Shown here: piece by piece, positions 55,833 through 64,000 of the stretch
How positions within the stretch are numbered: the stretch's first letter is position 1
Layout: every line of letters begins with the position of its first letter
NCBI GenBank assembly: GCA_047975435.1
Contig: JBKEDN010000292.1
Location: forward strand, 18,513 to 82,512
Direction: 5' to 3'
From: Draconibacterium sp.
Lineage (GTDB): Bacteria; Bacteroidota; Bacteroidia; Bacteroidales; Prolixibacteraceae
DNA: 64,000 nucleotides
Program-made: the position numbers and the translations under genes
Notes under the pieces: model-generated
Databases searched by the model: none
Told to the model about the DNA's origin: nothing
The model's input: only the letters and a program-made list of their open reading frames with translations

Positions 55833-56435
55833 TTAACGTTTCATAATCCCGTAGCAAATAATTTTCAGGATAATATCAACGCTCCGTTCCAGGTTAACAT
55901 CGCCATAATAACCGGCAGTAAGCGGCATTTCAAGGCCTTTGATAGCGGTTGTAATCCCAATTGCCGCTAAGTTAAAATCATAAATCTCGAACTCGTTTTT
56001 ACGAACACCTTCAATCAGAATTCGTTTGATCATCCTGATTTCATCCTGCTCGTATTTTATCTTTACTTCGTCGATAAAACCTACCGCTGTAATGTCGTTT
56101 TCGATGGCATGATAAAAATTAGCCAGGTTACGAAAGGTGGCCAGCTTTGTAAGAATATAGTCGCGCAGTTTATCTACCGGGTCGGTATTACGGTTGATCA
56201 CAATTTCAAGCTCATGAGCCAGAATTTCAACCTCTTTCATTATTACTGCCTGAAAAAGGTCTTCTTTACTTTTGAAATAGTAATACAACGAACTTTTCCC
56301 CTTACGCACTGCATTCGCAATATCGTCGAGTGTCGTTTTTTTAAAACCGTATTTACTGAAAATTTCGCGAGCGATTTTTAGGATGTTCTCGCGATTAGCA
56401 TCTCTTTTGTTCCCGTTTTTGCCAAGATCGTGCAT
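55833..56435 (-). CDS. TetR/AcrR family transcriptional regulator
   Basis: N-terminal HTH region ILKIAREIFSKYGFKKTTLDDIANAVRKGKSSLYYYFKSKEDLF. 200 aa, located upstream of the efflux genes. Confidence 0.85.
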   Translation of the reverse strand: MHDLGKNGNKRDANRENILKIAREIFSKYGFKKTTLDDIANAVRKGKSSLYYYFKSKEDLFQAVIMKEVEILAHELEIVINRNTDPVDKLRDYILTKLATFRNLANFYHAIENDITAVGFIDEVKIKYEQDEIRMIKRILIEGVRKNEFEIYDFNLAAIGITTAIKGLEMPLTAGYYGDVNLERSVDIILKIICYGIMKR

Positions 56436-56563
56436 TGCCTGTTATTTAACGAAAAATATCAACAAATATAATTATTTATTTTGCCGGAAGAACTTTTTAG
56501 AATTTTAAAATCGAAAAGACGATAAAATACCCAACTCTCTCAAAACCCCTATTTTATTCATTT

Positions 56564-58750
56564 TTATGGAGTTGATTTTTCGAAAGTGTCGGGCATCTCG
56601 TTTTTTGCCAAACGAAAATCGAGTTGTTTACGTTCCAGGTTGGTTCTCCACACCTTAACATTTATCGCTTCTCCCAGTTGGTAAGTATTATGCGAATGAC
56701 GCCCAACGAGCATATAGTTACGTTCGTCAAAAATATAGAAATCGTCATCCAACTCTGAAATCGGGATCATTCCTTCAATTTTGTTTTCCAGCTCTACATA
56801 AATCCCCCAGTCGGTAACGCCCGATATTGTTCCCGCATATACTTTCCCCAAATGATCCTGCATAAATTCTACCTGCTTGTATTTAATTGAAGAACGTTCG
56901 GCATTGGCTGCTTTCGATTCCATATCGGATGAATGCTTGCAGAGGTCTTCGTATTTCTGTTCGTTGGCCGATCGTCCGCCGGCCAGGTACTTTTCGAGTA
57001 AACGGTGCACCATCATATCGGGATAACGACGGATTGGGGATGTGAAATGTGTATAATATTCAAAAGAAAGTCCGTAGTGCCCGATGTTTCGGGTAGAATA
57101 GGCCGCTTTTGCCATGGAGCGTATCGCCAGGGTTTCAACCACATTTTGCTCGTTTCTGCCTTTAACGGTATTAAGCAAATTATTTAACGAAGTAGCAATG
57201 GCTTTAGGCGTTGTTAACTGAATGCCATATCCAAATCGTTTTATAAAAGTATTGAATGAAACCAGTTTGTCGGGGTCGGGTTTATCATGAATACGATAAA
57301 CAAAGGTTTTGGCTTTGTTTTTATCTGAAACCTTTCCGATAAATTCGGCTACTCTTTTGTTGGCCAACAACATAAAGTCCTCAATCAGCTTATTGGCCTC
57401 TTTTGCTTCTTTAAAATAAACCGACAAAGGCTTTCCTTTTTCATCGATGTTGAATTTTATTTCAACCCGGTCAAAAGCAATTGAGCCGGATTTAAACCGT
57501 TCTTCCCGAAGTTTTACTGCCAGTTCGTTCATTTTCAGCAATTCTTCCGAAAAATCGCCAGTCCCGGTTTCTATAATCTCCTGCGCTTCTTCGTAGGCAA
57601 AACGACGGTCGGAATATATCACCGTTTTACCAAACCACTCTTTTCTGATTTCTGCATTTTCGTTAAGCTCAAAAACCGCTGAAAAACACAACTTTTCTTC
57701 GTTTGGCCGAAGTGAGCAAACACCGTTCGAAAGCCTTTCGGGCAACATCGGCACAACCCGATCGACCAGATAAACCGAGGTGGCACGGCTCCGTGCTTCA
57801 TCTTCAATAATGGTATTGGGGCGTACATAATGTGTTACATCGGCAATGTGGACACCTACCTCCCAGTTTCCGTTACTGAGCTTTTTTAGGGAGAGTGCAT
57901 CGTCAAAATCTTTGGCATCAACAGGGTCGATGGTAAAAGTGGTGGTTTTTCGAAAATCGCGCCGCTTTTTAATTTCTTCCTCCGGAATCTCCAGCGGAAT
58001 TTTCTCGGCTGCTTTGTCAACATTCTCCGGAAATTTATGGGGAAGTTCAAATTCAGCCAGTATGGCGTGCATTTCTGCATCGTTATCACCGGTGTCTCCG
58101 AGCACCTCTTTTATTTCGCCAAAAGGATTTCGTGCATTTGCCGGCCAGTCACTAATTTCGGCAATGGCCTTTTGTCCGTCTCTGGCACCGTTTAATTTTG
58201 CCTTCGGAATAAAAATATCAAAACCCACTTTCCCGGTTGGAGTCAGGAAGGCAAAATTTCTGGATACCTGAACCGTTCCAACAAATACTGACTTGGCGCG
58301 TTCAACAATCTCTTTTACCTCGCCTTCATAATCATGCTTTTTACGGCGGGCAAACACATGCACCTGCACTTTATCACCTTCCATCGCGTGGTTCAGGTTA
58401 CGCGAAGTAACAATTACCGGGCGGTCGAGCTCGTCGCTCACCACATAGGCAAATCCCTGCGGCTGCATTTCAACCTTTCCGCAAACTGTACCGGTACGGG
58501 CTTTAAACTTATATTTTCCACGTGCTACCAAATCCAGGTAATCATCATCGGCCAGCTCTTGTAAAACAATATTTACCAGTTTACGAGTTTCCGGATCCCG
58601 GATTCCGAGCGAACCCGATATTTGACGATAATTTACTGTTTTCCCGGGATCTTCATATAAACCGGAAAGGATAACACTTTTTAGTTTTTTCTTATTGAAA
58701 GTAGTGGTTTTCCGCTGTTTGTTGCGTTGGTTCTTTTTTTTCTTTGCCAT
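56564..58750 (-). CDS. rnr: Ribonuclease R
   Basis: Basic N-terminus, an RNB catalytic region (TIDPVDAKDFDDALS, HYGL...YTHFTSPIRRYPD) and a C-terminal S1 domain (GTISGVTDWGIYVEL). Confidence 0.92.
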   Translation of the reverse strand: MAKKKKNQRNKQRKTTTFNKKKLKSVILSGLYEDPGKTVNYRQISGSLGIRDPETRKLVNIVLQELADDDYLDLVARGKYKFKARTGTVCGKVEMQPQGFAYVVSDELDRPVIVTSRNLNHAMEGDKVQVHVFARRKKHDYEGEVKEIVERAKSVFVGTVQVSRNFAFLTPTGKVGFDIFIPKAKLNGARDGQKAIAEISDWPANARNPFGEIKEVLGDTGDNDAEMHAILAEFELPHKFPENVDKAAEKIPLEIPEEEIKKRRDFRKTTTFTIDPVDAKDFDDALSLKKLSNGNWEVGVHIADVTHYVRPNTIIEDEARSRATSVYLVDRVVPMLPERLSNGVCSLRPNEEKLCFSAVFELNENAEIRKEWFGKTVIYSDRRFAYEEAQEIIETGTGDFSEELLKMNELAVKLREERFKSGSIAFDRVEIKFNIDEKGKPLSVYFKEAKEANKLIEDFMLLANKRVAEFIGKVSDKNKAKTFVYRIHDKPDPDKLVSFNTFIKRFGYGIQLTTPKAIATSLNNLLNTVKGRNEQNVVETLAIRSMAKAAYSTRNIGHYGLSFEYYTHFTSPIRRYPDMMVHRLLEKYLAGGRSANEQKYEDLCKHSSDMESKAANAERSSIKYKQVEFMQDHLGKVYAGTISGVTDWGIYVELENKIEGMIPISELDDDFYIFDERNYMLVGRHSHNTYQLGEAINVKVWRTNLERKQLDFRLAKNEMPDTFEKSTP

Positions 58751-58929
58751 TGTTTCACAATAATTTCACCAATCCAAGTTAATATAATTCTGCGATAAGC
58801 ACTATTTCCTCAAAGTTTAGTTCTAAAAATTTTTCAGACAATTGATTTCAGTTACACCCCGGGTTAAATTAATAAAGCTTAACATCAAGAGTGAACAGGA
58901 ATTTGTATGTTTGTAGCCAATTTCAACAC

Positions 58930-60867
58930 ATGAAGCTGAAAGGGAAAATACCACTTATTATTATAGCCGGCCTTGCATGGGTCGTTGTTATTTCGTCGTG
59001 TGCAAACATAGGAATGCCTGAAGGCGGGCCAAGGGATTCGGTCCCTCCGGTGTTACTGGAAACAAACCCCAACCTTAGAGAGCTGAATTACAAGGGTAAA
59101 GATGTGCGTTTTACTTTTAACGAATACATTATGCCCGATGAGATATCGGAATCGCTGGTTATTTCGCCCCCATTAAAAAAACGGCCGATTATACGTACCA
59201 AATCGAAAACCCTGATTGTTCAGTTTAATGAAGAACTGAAAGACAGCGCTACCTATTCGCTCGATTTTAAAAACTCGATTGTTGACAACAACGAAAAAAA
59301 CCCAATGGAGAACCTGCGTTTTTCGTTTAGTACCGGCCCTGTGTACGACTCGCTGCGAGTAGCCGGCCGGGTGGTTAACTCGTTTAATATGGAGCCCATC
59401 GAAAAGGGACTTGTATTATTGCAAAGCAACCTGCATGATTCGGCAGTTTTTAAAGTAATTCCGGATTATATTGCCAAGACCGACGAAAACGGGTTGTTTA
59501 TGATTGATAATATTGCACCCGGCTCTTATCACCTTTTTGCAATAAACGACCAGAATAACAATATGCTGTATGACGAAGGGGCTGAAGAAATTGCTTACCA
59601 TAACGAAGTACTGGTTCCGCGCTCCGAATTTCATGCAGAAAAAGATACAATTGCAAACGCAGTAGATTCGTTGCTAATTTTAGGGCATACACAATTTTAC
59701 CCCGAGCCGGTCTATCTGAACTACTTTATGGAAGACATATTTGAGCAGTACCTCGATAAAACAGAAAGAAGCAACGCTTATAAATGTTCTTTTATTTTTA
59801 ACGAATCGGTAGAAGATACATTTGCAGTTCGTTTAATCGATTACGATGTAAGTAACTGGTACCAGCTGGAGTACAACCGAAATATGGACTCGATTGACCT
59901 TTGGATAACAGACACTACACTGGCAAAAGAAGATTCGCTTTACATGGAGCTATCGTATTTTATACTCGATTCTACTGCGGTGCCTTACGTTTTTCACGAC
60001 ACACTTTTGATGCAATACTCCAAGCCTGTAGTAGAAACAAAAAAGAAAAGGAAAAAAGACGACAAAGAAGAAGGCCCGCCTCCGGTGCAACAGTTTAACT
60101 GGGCTACCAATCTCAGTTCGACCATGGAGCTTAACGGAGCAATACGCCTAACATCGCCATCGCCGGTAGCATCGTTCGATAGCACAAAAGTTATACTTTA
60201 CCTTAGCGACGATACGCTGAAAACACCGTTAAACATAAAGTTTCAAAAAGCCCCAAATATCTGGAGAACCTATGTTATTTCGTACGACTGGGAACCTGAA
60301 ACAAAATATTCGCTAAGCATTGACTCGGCGGCCTGCTGGAATATTTATGGTATTTCGAGCATGGAGCTAACCAAAAGTTTCCAGACCCGCGAAGAAGATT
60401 ATTACGGCTCCTTTATTTTTGATTTCAGCAATGTTCCCGGACCAATGATCGTTCAGCTTCTGAAAAACAACAAAGAAGAAGATGTGTTGCGGCAGGCATT
60501 TTTTGATAAAGACGGTGAAGTGACATTTGAGTTGATGCCTCCGGAAAAATACAAGATCAAGATTATTTACGACACCAACGGAAACAGGAAATGGGACAAT
60601 GGAAGTTACCAGGACAAGATTCAACCCGAGTTGGTTTCGTATTTACCCGAGCTTATCAAATTACGGTCGAACTGGAGCGAAAAGCGGATTTGGGATGTTA
60701 CTCCTAATTCCGAATTCATAAAAAATATAGTTGACCAGGAAGCCGAAGAACAAAAACGAAAAGCAGCTGAAGAAAAAGCCCGGAAAGAAAAGAACAACGA
60801 ACGAAGCAATAGTAATTTCAGTCCGGGAAGCAGTGGTTCCAACCTACTCAGGGGCGGAGGTTTTTAA
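58930..60867 (+). CDS. Lipoprotein with N-terminal Ig-like (SbsA-type) domain and Lys/Glu-rich C-terminus
   Basis: Start trimmed to MKLKGKIPLIIIAGLAWVVVISSC (lipobox). It continues PEGGPRDSVPPVLLETNPN. The domain call is by eye. Confidence 0.55.
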   Translation: MKLKGKIPLIIIAGLAWVVVISSCANIGMPEGGPRDSVPPVLLETNPNLRELNYKGKDVRFTFNEYIMPDEISESLVISPPLKKRPIIRTKSKTLIVQFNEELKDSATYSLDFKNSIVDNNEKNPMENLRFSFSTGPVYDSLRVAGRVVNSFNMEPIEKGLVLLQSNLHDSAVFKVIPDYIAKTDENGLFMIDNIAPGSYHLFAINDQNNNMLYDEGAEEIAYHNEVLVPRSEFHAEKDTIANAVDSLLILGHTQFYPEPVYLNYFMEDIFEQYLDKTERSNAYKCSFIFNESVEDTFAVRLIDYDVSNWYQLEYNRNMDSIDLWITDTTLAKEDSLYMELSYFILDSTAVPYVFHDTLLMQYSKPVVETKKKRKKDDKEEGPPPVQQFNWATNLSSTMELNGAIRLTSPSPVASFDSTKVILYLSDDTLKTPLNIKFQKAPNIWRTYVISYDWEPETKYSLSIDSAACWNIYGISSMELTKSFQTREEDYYGSFIFDFSNVPGPMIVQLLKNNKEEDVLRQAFFDKDGEVTFELMPPEKYKIKIIYDTNGNRKWDNGSYQDKIQPELVSYLPELIKLRSNWSEKRIWDVTPNSEFIKNIVDQEAEEQKRKAAEEKARKEKNNERSNSNFSPGSSGSNLLRGGGF

Positions 60868-60930
60868 GCCTGAAATGTTCGGTGGATTTCTCTAAATTTC
60901 GTATGTTTAATCAACTTTTATCAAATTATT

Positions 60931-61227
60931 ATGGCAAGTGTTAGAAATCTGAAAAAAGACATCGACCTGATCATGTCGCTCGCACTAAGTGATTGCTTTT
61001 ATGTACTGGAATACAACAGCAAGATCGACGAAGAAGCCGTGTATGAAATTGCAGGTGAAGTTGTTCAGAAACATCGCGAGTTAAGGCTTCGTGCCATTCA
61101 TCCTGACGGGAAAGATAACCCCAAATTAGTAAAGGAATATTACAAAAGCCTGGTACAAGATATGCTAAAAGCTGCCGACACTGCCCTTGAGAAGCTGTCG
61201 AAGGAAGTAAAAAAAGTAGCGAATTAG
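60931..61227 (+). CDS. Small hypothetical protein
   Basis: 98-aa ORF with no recognised motif. Confidence 0.4.
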   Translation: MASVRNLKKDIDLIMSLALSDCFYVLEYNSKIDEEAVYEIAGEVVQKHRELRLRAIHPDGKDNPKLVKEYYKSLVQDMLKAADTALEKLSKEVKKVAN

Positions 61228-61234
61228 CAAACAG

Positions 61235-61618
61235 TTATTTCAGAAGAAATACTTTGTTGGCTACCACTTTACCGTCATACCAGGTGGTTAGTTCCCATTT
61301 ACCCCGCTTATCTTCCAAAGGCTCCCAGATACAATCGCCCAGATAAAATTCAAAATCATTGGTACGGATAAACTGTTCTCCGGTAAAAGGCGGGCTGATT
61401 TGTCCTTTATCATTCATAAAAGGAGGATGGTCGATCTGAAACTGTACGGTTTCGCCTTTCCCGTTTTTTATGTGCAAAACATACCCAAATTCCGTTCCGA
61501 TGGAAGCTTTTATATCGGTAGAAAAATCAATAATCTTTGGTATTTCCTTGCTCTCACGCTTCCATTTCGAGTACTCTCCGTAGCTGTACATTTTAAAGGT
61601 GGGTCTTCGTTTTGCCAT
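61235..61618 (-). CDS. Hypothetical protein (DUF3859-like impression)
   Basis: 127-aa ORF, convergent with the previous gene at 7-nt spacing. Confidence 0.4.
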   Translation of the reverse strand: MAKRRPTFKMYSYGEYSKWKRESKEIPKIIDFSTDIKASIGTEFGYVLHIKNGKGETVQFQIDHPPFMNDKGQISPPFTGEQFIRTNDFEFYLGDCIWEPLEDKRGKWELTTWYDGKVVANKVFLLK

Positions 61619-61702
61619 CGTTAATTTTACACTAAAGTAATTATTCTTCCTTATTTAGATTAAATTAAAATTCTACTTTTGTAAGCTCATTTATCATGAA
61701 CT

Positions 61703-62062
61703 GTGGAGTTTATCAGAAGACATAGCAAGTTGTGGTTTACGTTGATGTTGCCGGTATATTTATATATTGTCAACAACTCAATTCAAAATAAACACACGCA
61801 CTTTTATGCCAACGGAATGGTGGTGACTCATGCCCACCCCATGCATCCGGCAAAAGGTGAACCAGCAAATCATCACAACCATTCCAAAACAGAAATATGC
61901 TTTTTCAGCACACTTCATTTTGATATTGCCGAGCTTCCGTCTTACATAAACACCATTGCAAAATTACAGGAAATTCATCATGAATACTTTGTAAAGAATG
62001 ATGTTTTACGGATTTCGGCAAAAAATCTGAAATCAAATCCCCGTGCGCCTCCGGTCGGATAA
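61703..62062 (+). CDS. Small His-rich membrane protein
   Basis: One TM (LWFTLMLPVYLYIV), then HTHFYANGMVVTHAHPMHPAKGEPANHHNHSK. It uses a non-ATG start and lies directly upstream of a TonB-dependent receptor. Confidence 0.4.
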   Translation: MEFIRRHSKLWFTLMLPVYLYIVNNSIQNKHTHFYANGMVVTHAHPMHPAKGEPANHHNHSKTEICFFSTLHFDIAELPSYINTIAKLQEIHHEYFVKNDVLRISAKNLKSNPRAPPVG

Positions 62063-62120
62063 TGTCAACTCTCAATCTCTTTTAGTTACGACATTATTAT
62101 TTACCTGATCATTATTTATC

Positions 62121-64000
62121 ATGAAAAACATAATGGCACTTTTTGTGCTTTTATTCAGCTTTTGTGGTGTAAAAGCTGTATCTATCAACGACGACGACGA
62201 AAAAAAAACAAAAACCGATGCCATGTTATTTGGCGATGTAAAATCGGGCGATGACCACATCCCTTTTGCAACCATAACAATTAAAGGAACCACCGTTGGG
62301 ACAGCTGCGGATGCTACGGGGCATTTTAAAATGACAAACATCCCGCTTGGAAAACAAGTAGTTTTGGTTTCAGCCATTGGATACAAACCCTATGAAAAAG
62401 AATTGCTTTTTGAATCGAAAAAAAGTGTTACACTTTTGGCACAACTCGAATCTGACAACATTGGGCTGGAGCAGGTGGTAGTTTCTGCGGACCGGAATGC
62501 CAAAAGCAGAAAAGAAACAGCTACCATCGTAAGCAGCATTAATCCAAAATTATTCGACAGGGTGCAGAGTGTGACCCTTAGCGAAGGGCTAAACTTTTCT
62601 CCCGGCTTACGCATGGAAAACAACTGCCAAAACTGTGGTTTTACGCAGGTTCGTATGAACGGGTTGGAAGGACCGTATTCGCAGATCCTAATCAATTCGA
62701 GACCGGTGTTTAGTGGATTGGCCGGAGTTTACGGACTGGAGTTAATTCCGGCAAATATGATTGAACGCGTAGAAGTAATCCGAGGTGGTGGTTCTTCGAT
62801 GTACGGTAGTAATGCCATTGCCGGAACCATTAACCTGATCACAAAAGACCCGGTGGCAAACAATTTTGAAGGAGCATTTTCGAACAGTACAGTTGGCGTT
62901 GGTTTAAACGGAGAGGCAGCCAACGATTACAATGTAAACATGAACGGTTCTTATGTAACCGACGACTACCGTACCGGGATGAGCATTTTCGGCTTTCACC
63001 GGAAAAGAGATGGTTTTGATGCCAACAGCGATGGCTTTACAGAACTGGCAAAAATAAAGAACCTCACATTGGGCGGAAGGTTATACCAACGCATTGCCAA
63101 CCGTGCCAAAATAACGGTTGACTATTTTAATATTTATGAATTTCGCAGAGGAGGTAACCGTTTTGATTTGCCAATGCACGAAGCCGATGTTACCGAAAGT
63201 GTCACGCACCGTATTAATTCGGGAGCTTTGAACTTCGATCAGCTCTTGCGCGAAAGTGATAAGTTTTCAGCTTTCCTTTCTTTGCAGGGTGTACACCGCG
63301 ATTCGTATTACGGTGCCAACCAGGATCTGTCGGCTTACGGGGAAACCAGCGACCTGACTTATTCGGCAGGTGCCCAGTATATTCGTGAAATAGACTACCT
63401 GATGTTTTCCCCGGCCACCTTAACAGCCGGGATCGAATCAAGCGGAAGTTCGATGGAAGATCAAAAACTAGGGTATTACGATCCTGAAACCAACCAGCAT
63501 TTTGACAATACACTTATTGCAGATCAGAAAATTGCAACCAATGCCGGTTTTTTGCAAGCGGAGTGGAAAACCGAGAAAGTGGTTTTTAGTACCGGTTTAC
63601 GTTACGATCATTACCGGATAACTGAGAAAACCGGTGGTGATGATGAAATTTCGGGGAATGTTGTTAGTCCCCGCGTGAGTGTGCTGTACAATCTGTCGCA
63701 TCACCTTCAGTTTCGTACCGGGTTTGCACGGGGATTTCGCGCTCCCCAGATTTTTGACGAAGATTTACACATCGAGACTTCGGGATCCCGAAAAGTAATT
63801 CATAAAAACGCTCCGGATCTGAAGCAGGAGTCTTCCAACAGTCTGACGGCTTCGCTCGATTTTAGTGAAGAAGTTGGGAAGTGGCAGTTCCAGTTATTAC
63901 TCGAAGGTTTTTATACCCACCTCAATAATCCGTTTGCCAACGAATACGGCACTCCGGATGAAGACGGAACCGTAATTTATACAAGAGTGAATGCCGAAGA
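62121..64000 (+). CDS. TonB-dependent receptor; 3' end runs off the window
   Basis: Absent from the ORF track because it has no stop in the window. My translation from ATG 62121 gives MKNIMALFVLLFSFCGVKA. It continues with a CarboxypepD_reg-like segment, GDVKSGDDHIPFATITIKGTTVGTAADATGHFKMTNIP. The plug includes LRMENNCQNCGFTQVRMNGLEG and IERVEVIRGGGSSMYGSNAIAGTINLITK, followed by barrel strands. Confidence 0.85.
   Translation, partial: MKNIMALFVLLFSFCGVKAVSINDDDEKKTKTDAMLFGDVKSGDDHIPFATITIKGTTVGTAADATGHFKMTNIPLGKQVVLVSAIGYKPYEKELLFESKKSVTLLAQLESDNIGLEQVVVSADRNAKSRKETATIVSSINPKLFDRVQSVTLSEGLNFSPGLRMENNCQNCGFTQVRMNGLEGPYSQILINSRPVFSGLAGVYGLELIPANMIERVEVIRGGGSSMYGSNAIAGTINLITKDPVANNFEGAFSNSTVGVGLNGEAANDYNVNMNGSYVTDDYRTGMSIFGFHRKRDGFDANSDGFTELAKIKNLTLGGRLYQRIANRAKITVDYFNIYEFRRGGNRFDLPMHEADVTESVTHRINSGALNFDQLLRESDKFSAFLSLQGVHRDSYYGANQDLSAYGETSDLTYSAGAQYIREIDYLMFSPATLTAGIESSGSSMEDQKLGYYDPETNQHFDNTLIADQKIATNAGFLQAEWKTEKVVFSTGLRYDHYRITEKTGGDDEISGNVVSPRVSVLYNLSHHLQFRTGFARGFRAPQIFDEDLHIETSGSRKVIHKNAPDLKQESSNSLTASLDFSEEVGKWQFQLLLEGFYTHLNNPFANEYGTPDEDGTVIYTRVNAE

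Overview
The window looks like a chromosomal segment from a Bacteroidota genome. Supporting signs are a SusC/SusD pair, a T9SS-type C-terminal sorting domain, many lipoprotein signal peptides and TAnnTTTG-like -7 boxes. All calls are by eye from the sequence and the ORF track. No searches were run. Layout: (1) 1-13.2 kb, minus strand: a glycan/glycoprotein utilisation locus. It holds a hybrid two-component regulator truncated by the window edge, a surface glycan-binding-like lipoprotein, SusD, SusC and an M60-like metallopeptidase carrying FISUMP-like and T9SS domains. (2) 13.4-22.5 kb: a housekeeping block with a Nudix hydrolase, pyrE, birA, rsfS, ftsH, a LUD-like protein, cdsA, pssA and a sigma-54 activator with no DNA-binding domain. 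(3) 22.6-29.1 kb: an accessory island. It has an exactly phased 11 x 21 bp tandem array, four copies of a multi-hairpin mosaic repeat, and five same-strand cassettes (an HNH_2-type nuclease, a PKD lipoprotein and three unknowns). Part of it is visibly AT-rich. (4) 29.2-39.2 kb: an anaerobic sulfur-type respiration island. A Psr/Phs-like molybdopterin oxidoreductase ABC set, a split YeeE/YedE transporter and two rhodanese-like proteins form one operon. Those two proteins have no active-site Cys, and their only Cys is the C-terminal residue. Divergent from this operon sits a Rieske protein plus a cytochrome b fused to a cytochrome c with about 12 hemes. (5) 39.9-56.4 kb: an eight-gene minus-strand efflux operon. 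Its order is TetR, ABC ATPase, giant ABC-2 permease, TolC-like, adaptor, RND, RND covalently fused to an ABC ATPase, and ABC-2 permease. I consider the RND-ABC fusion the most unusual object here. (6) 56.5-64 kb: rnr, an Ig-like lipoprotein, small unknowns, a His-rich membrane protein and a TonB-dependent receptor truncated by the window edge. I recognised no rRNA, tRNA, CRISPR, transposase or integrase. Two real genes touch the window edges, so they are missing from the ORF track.
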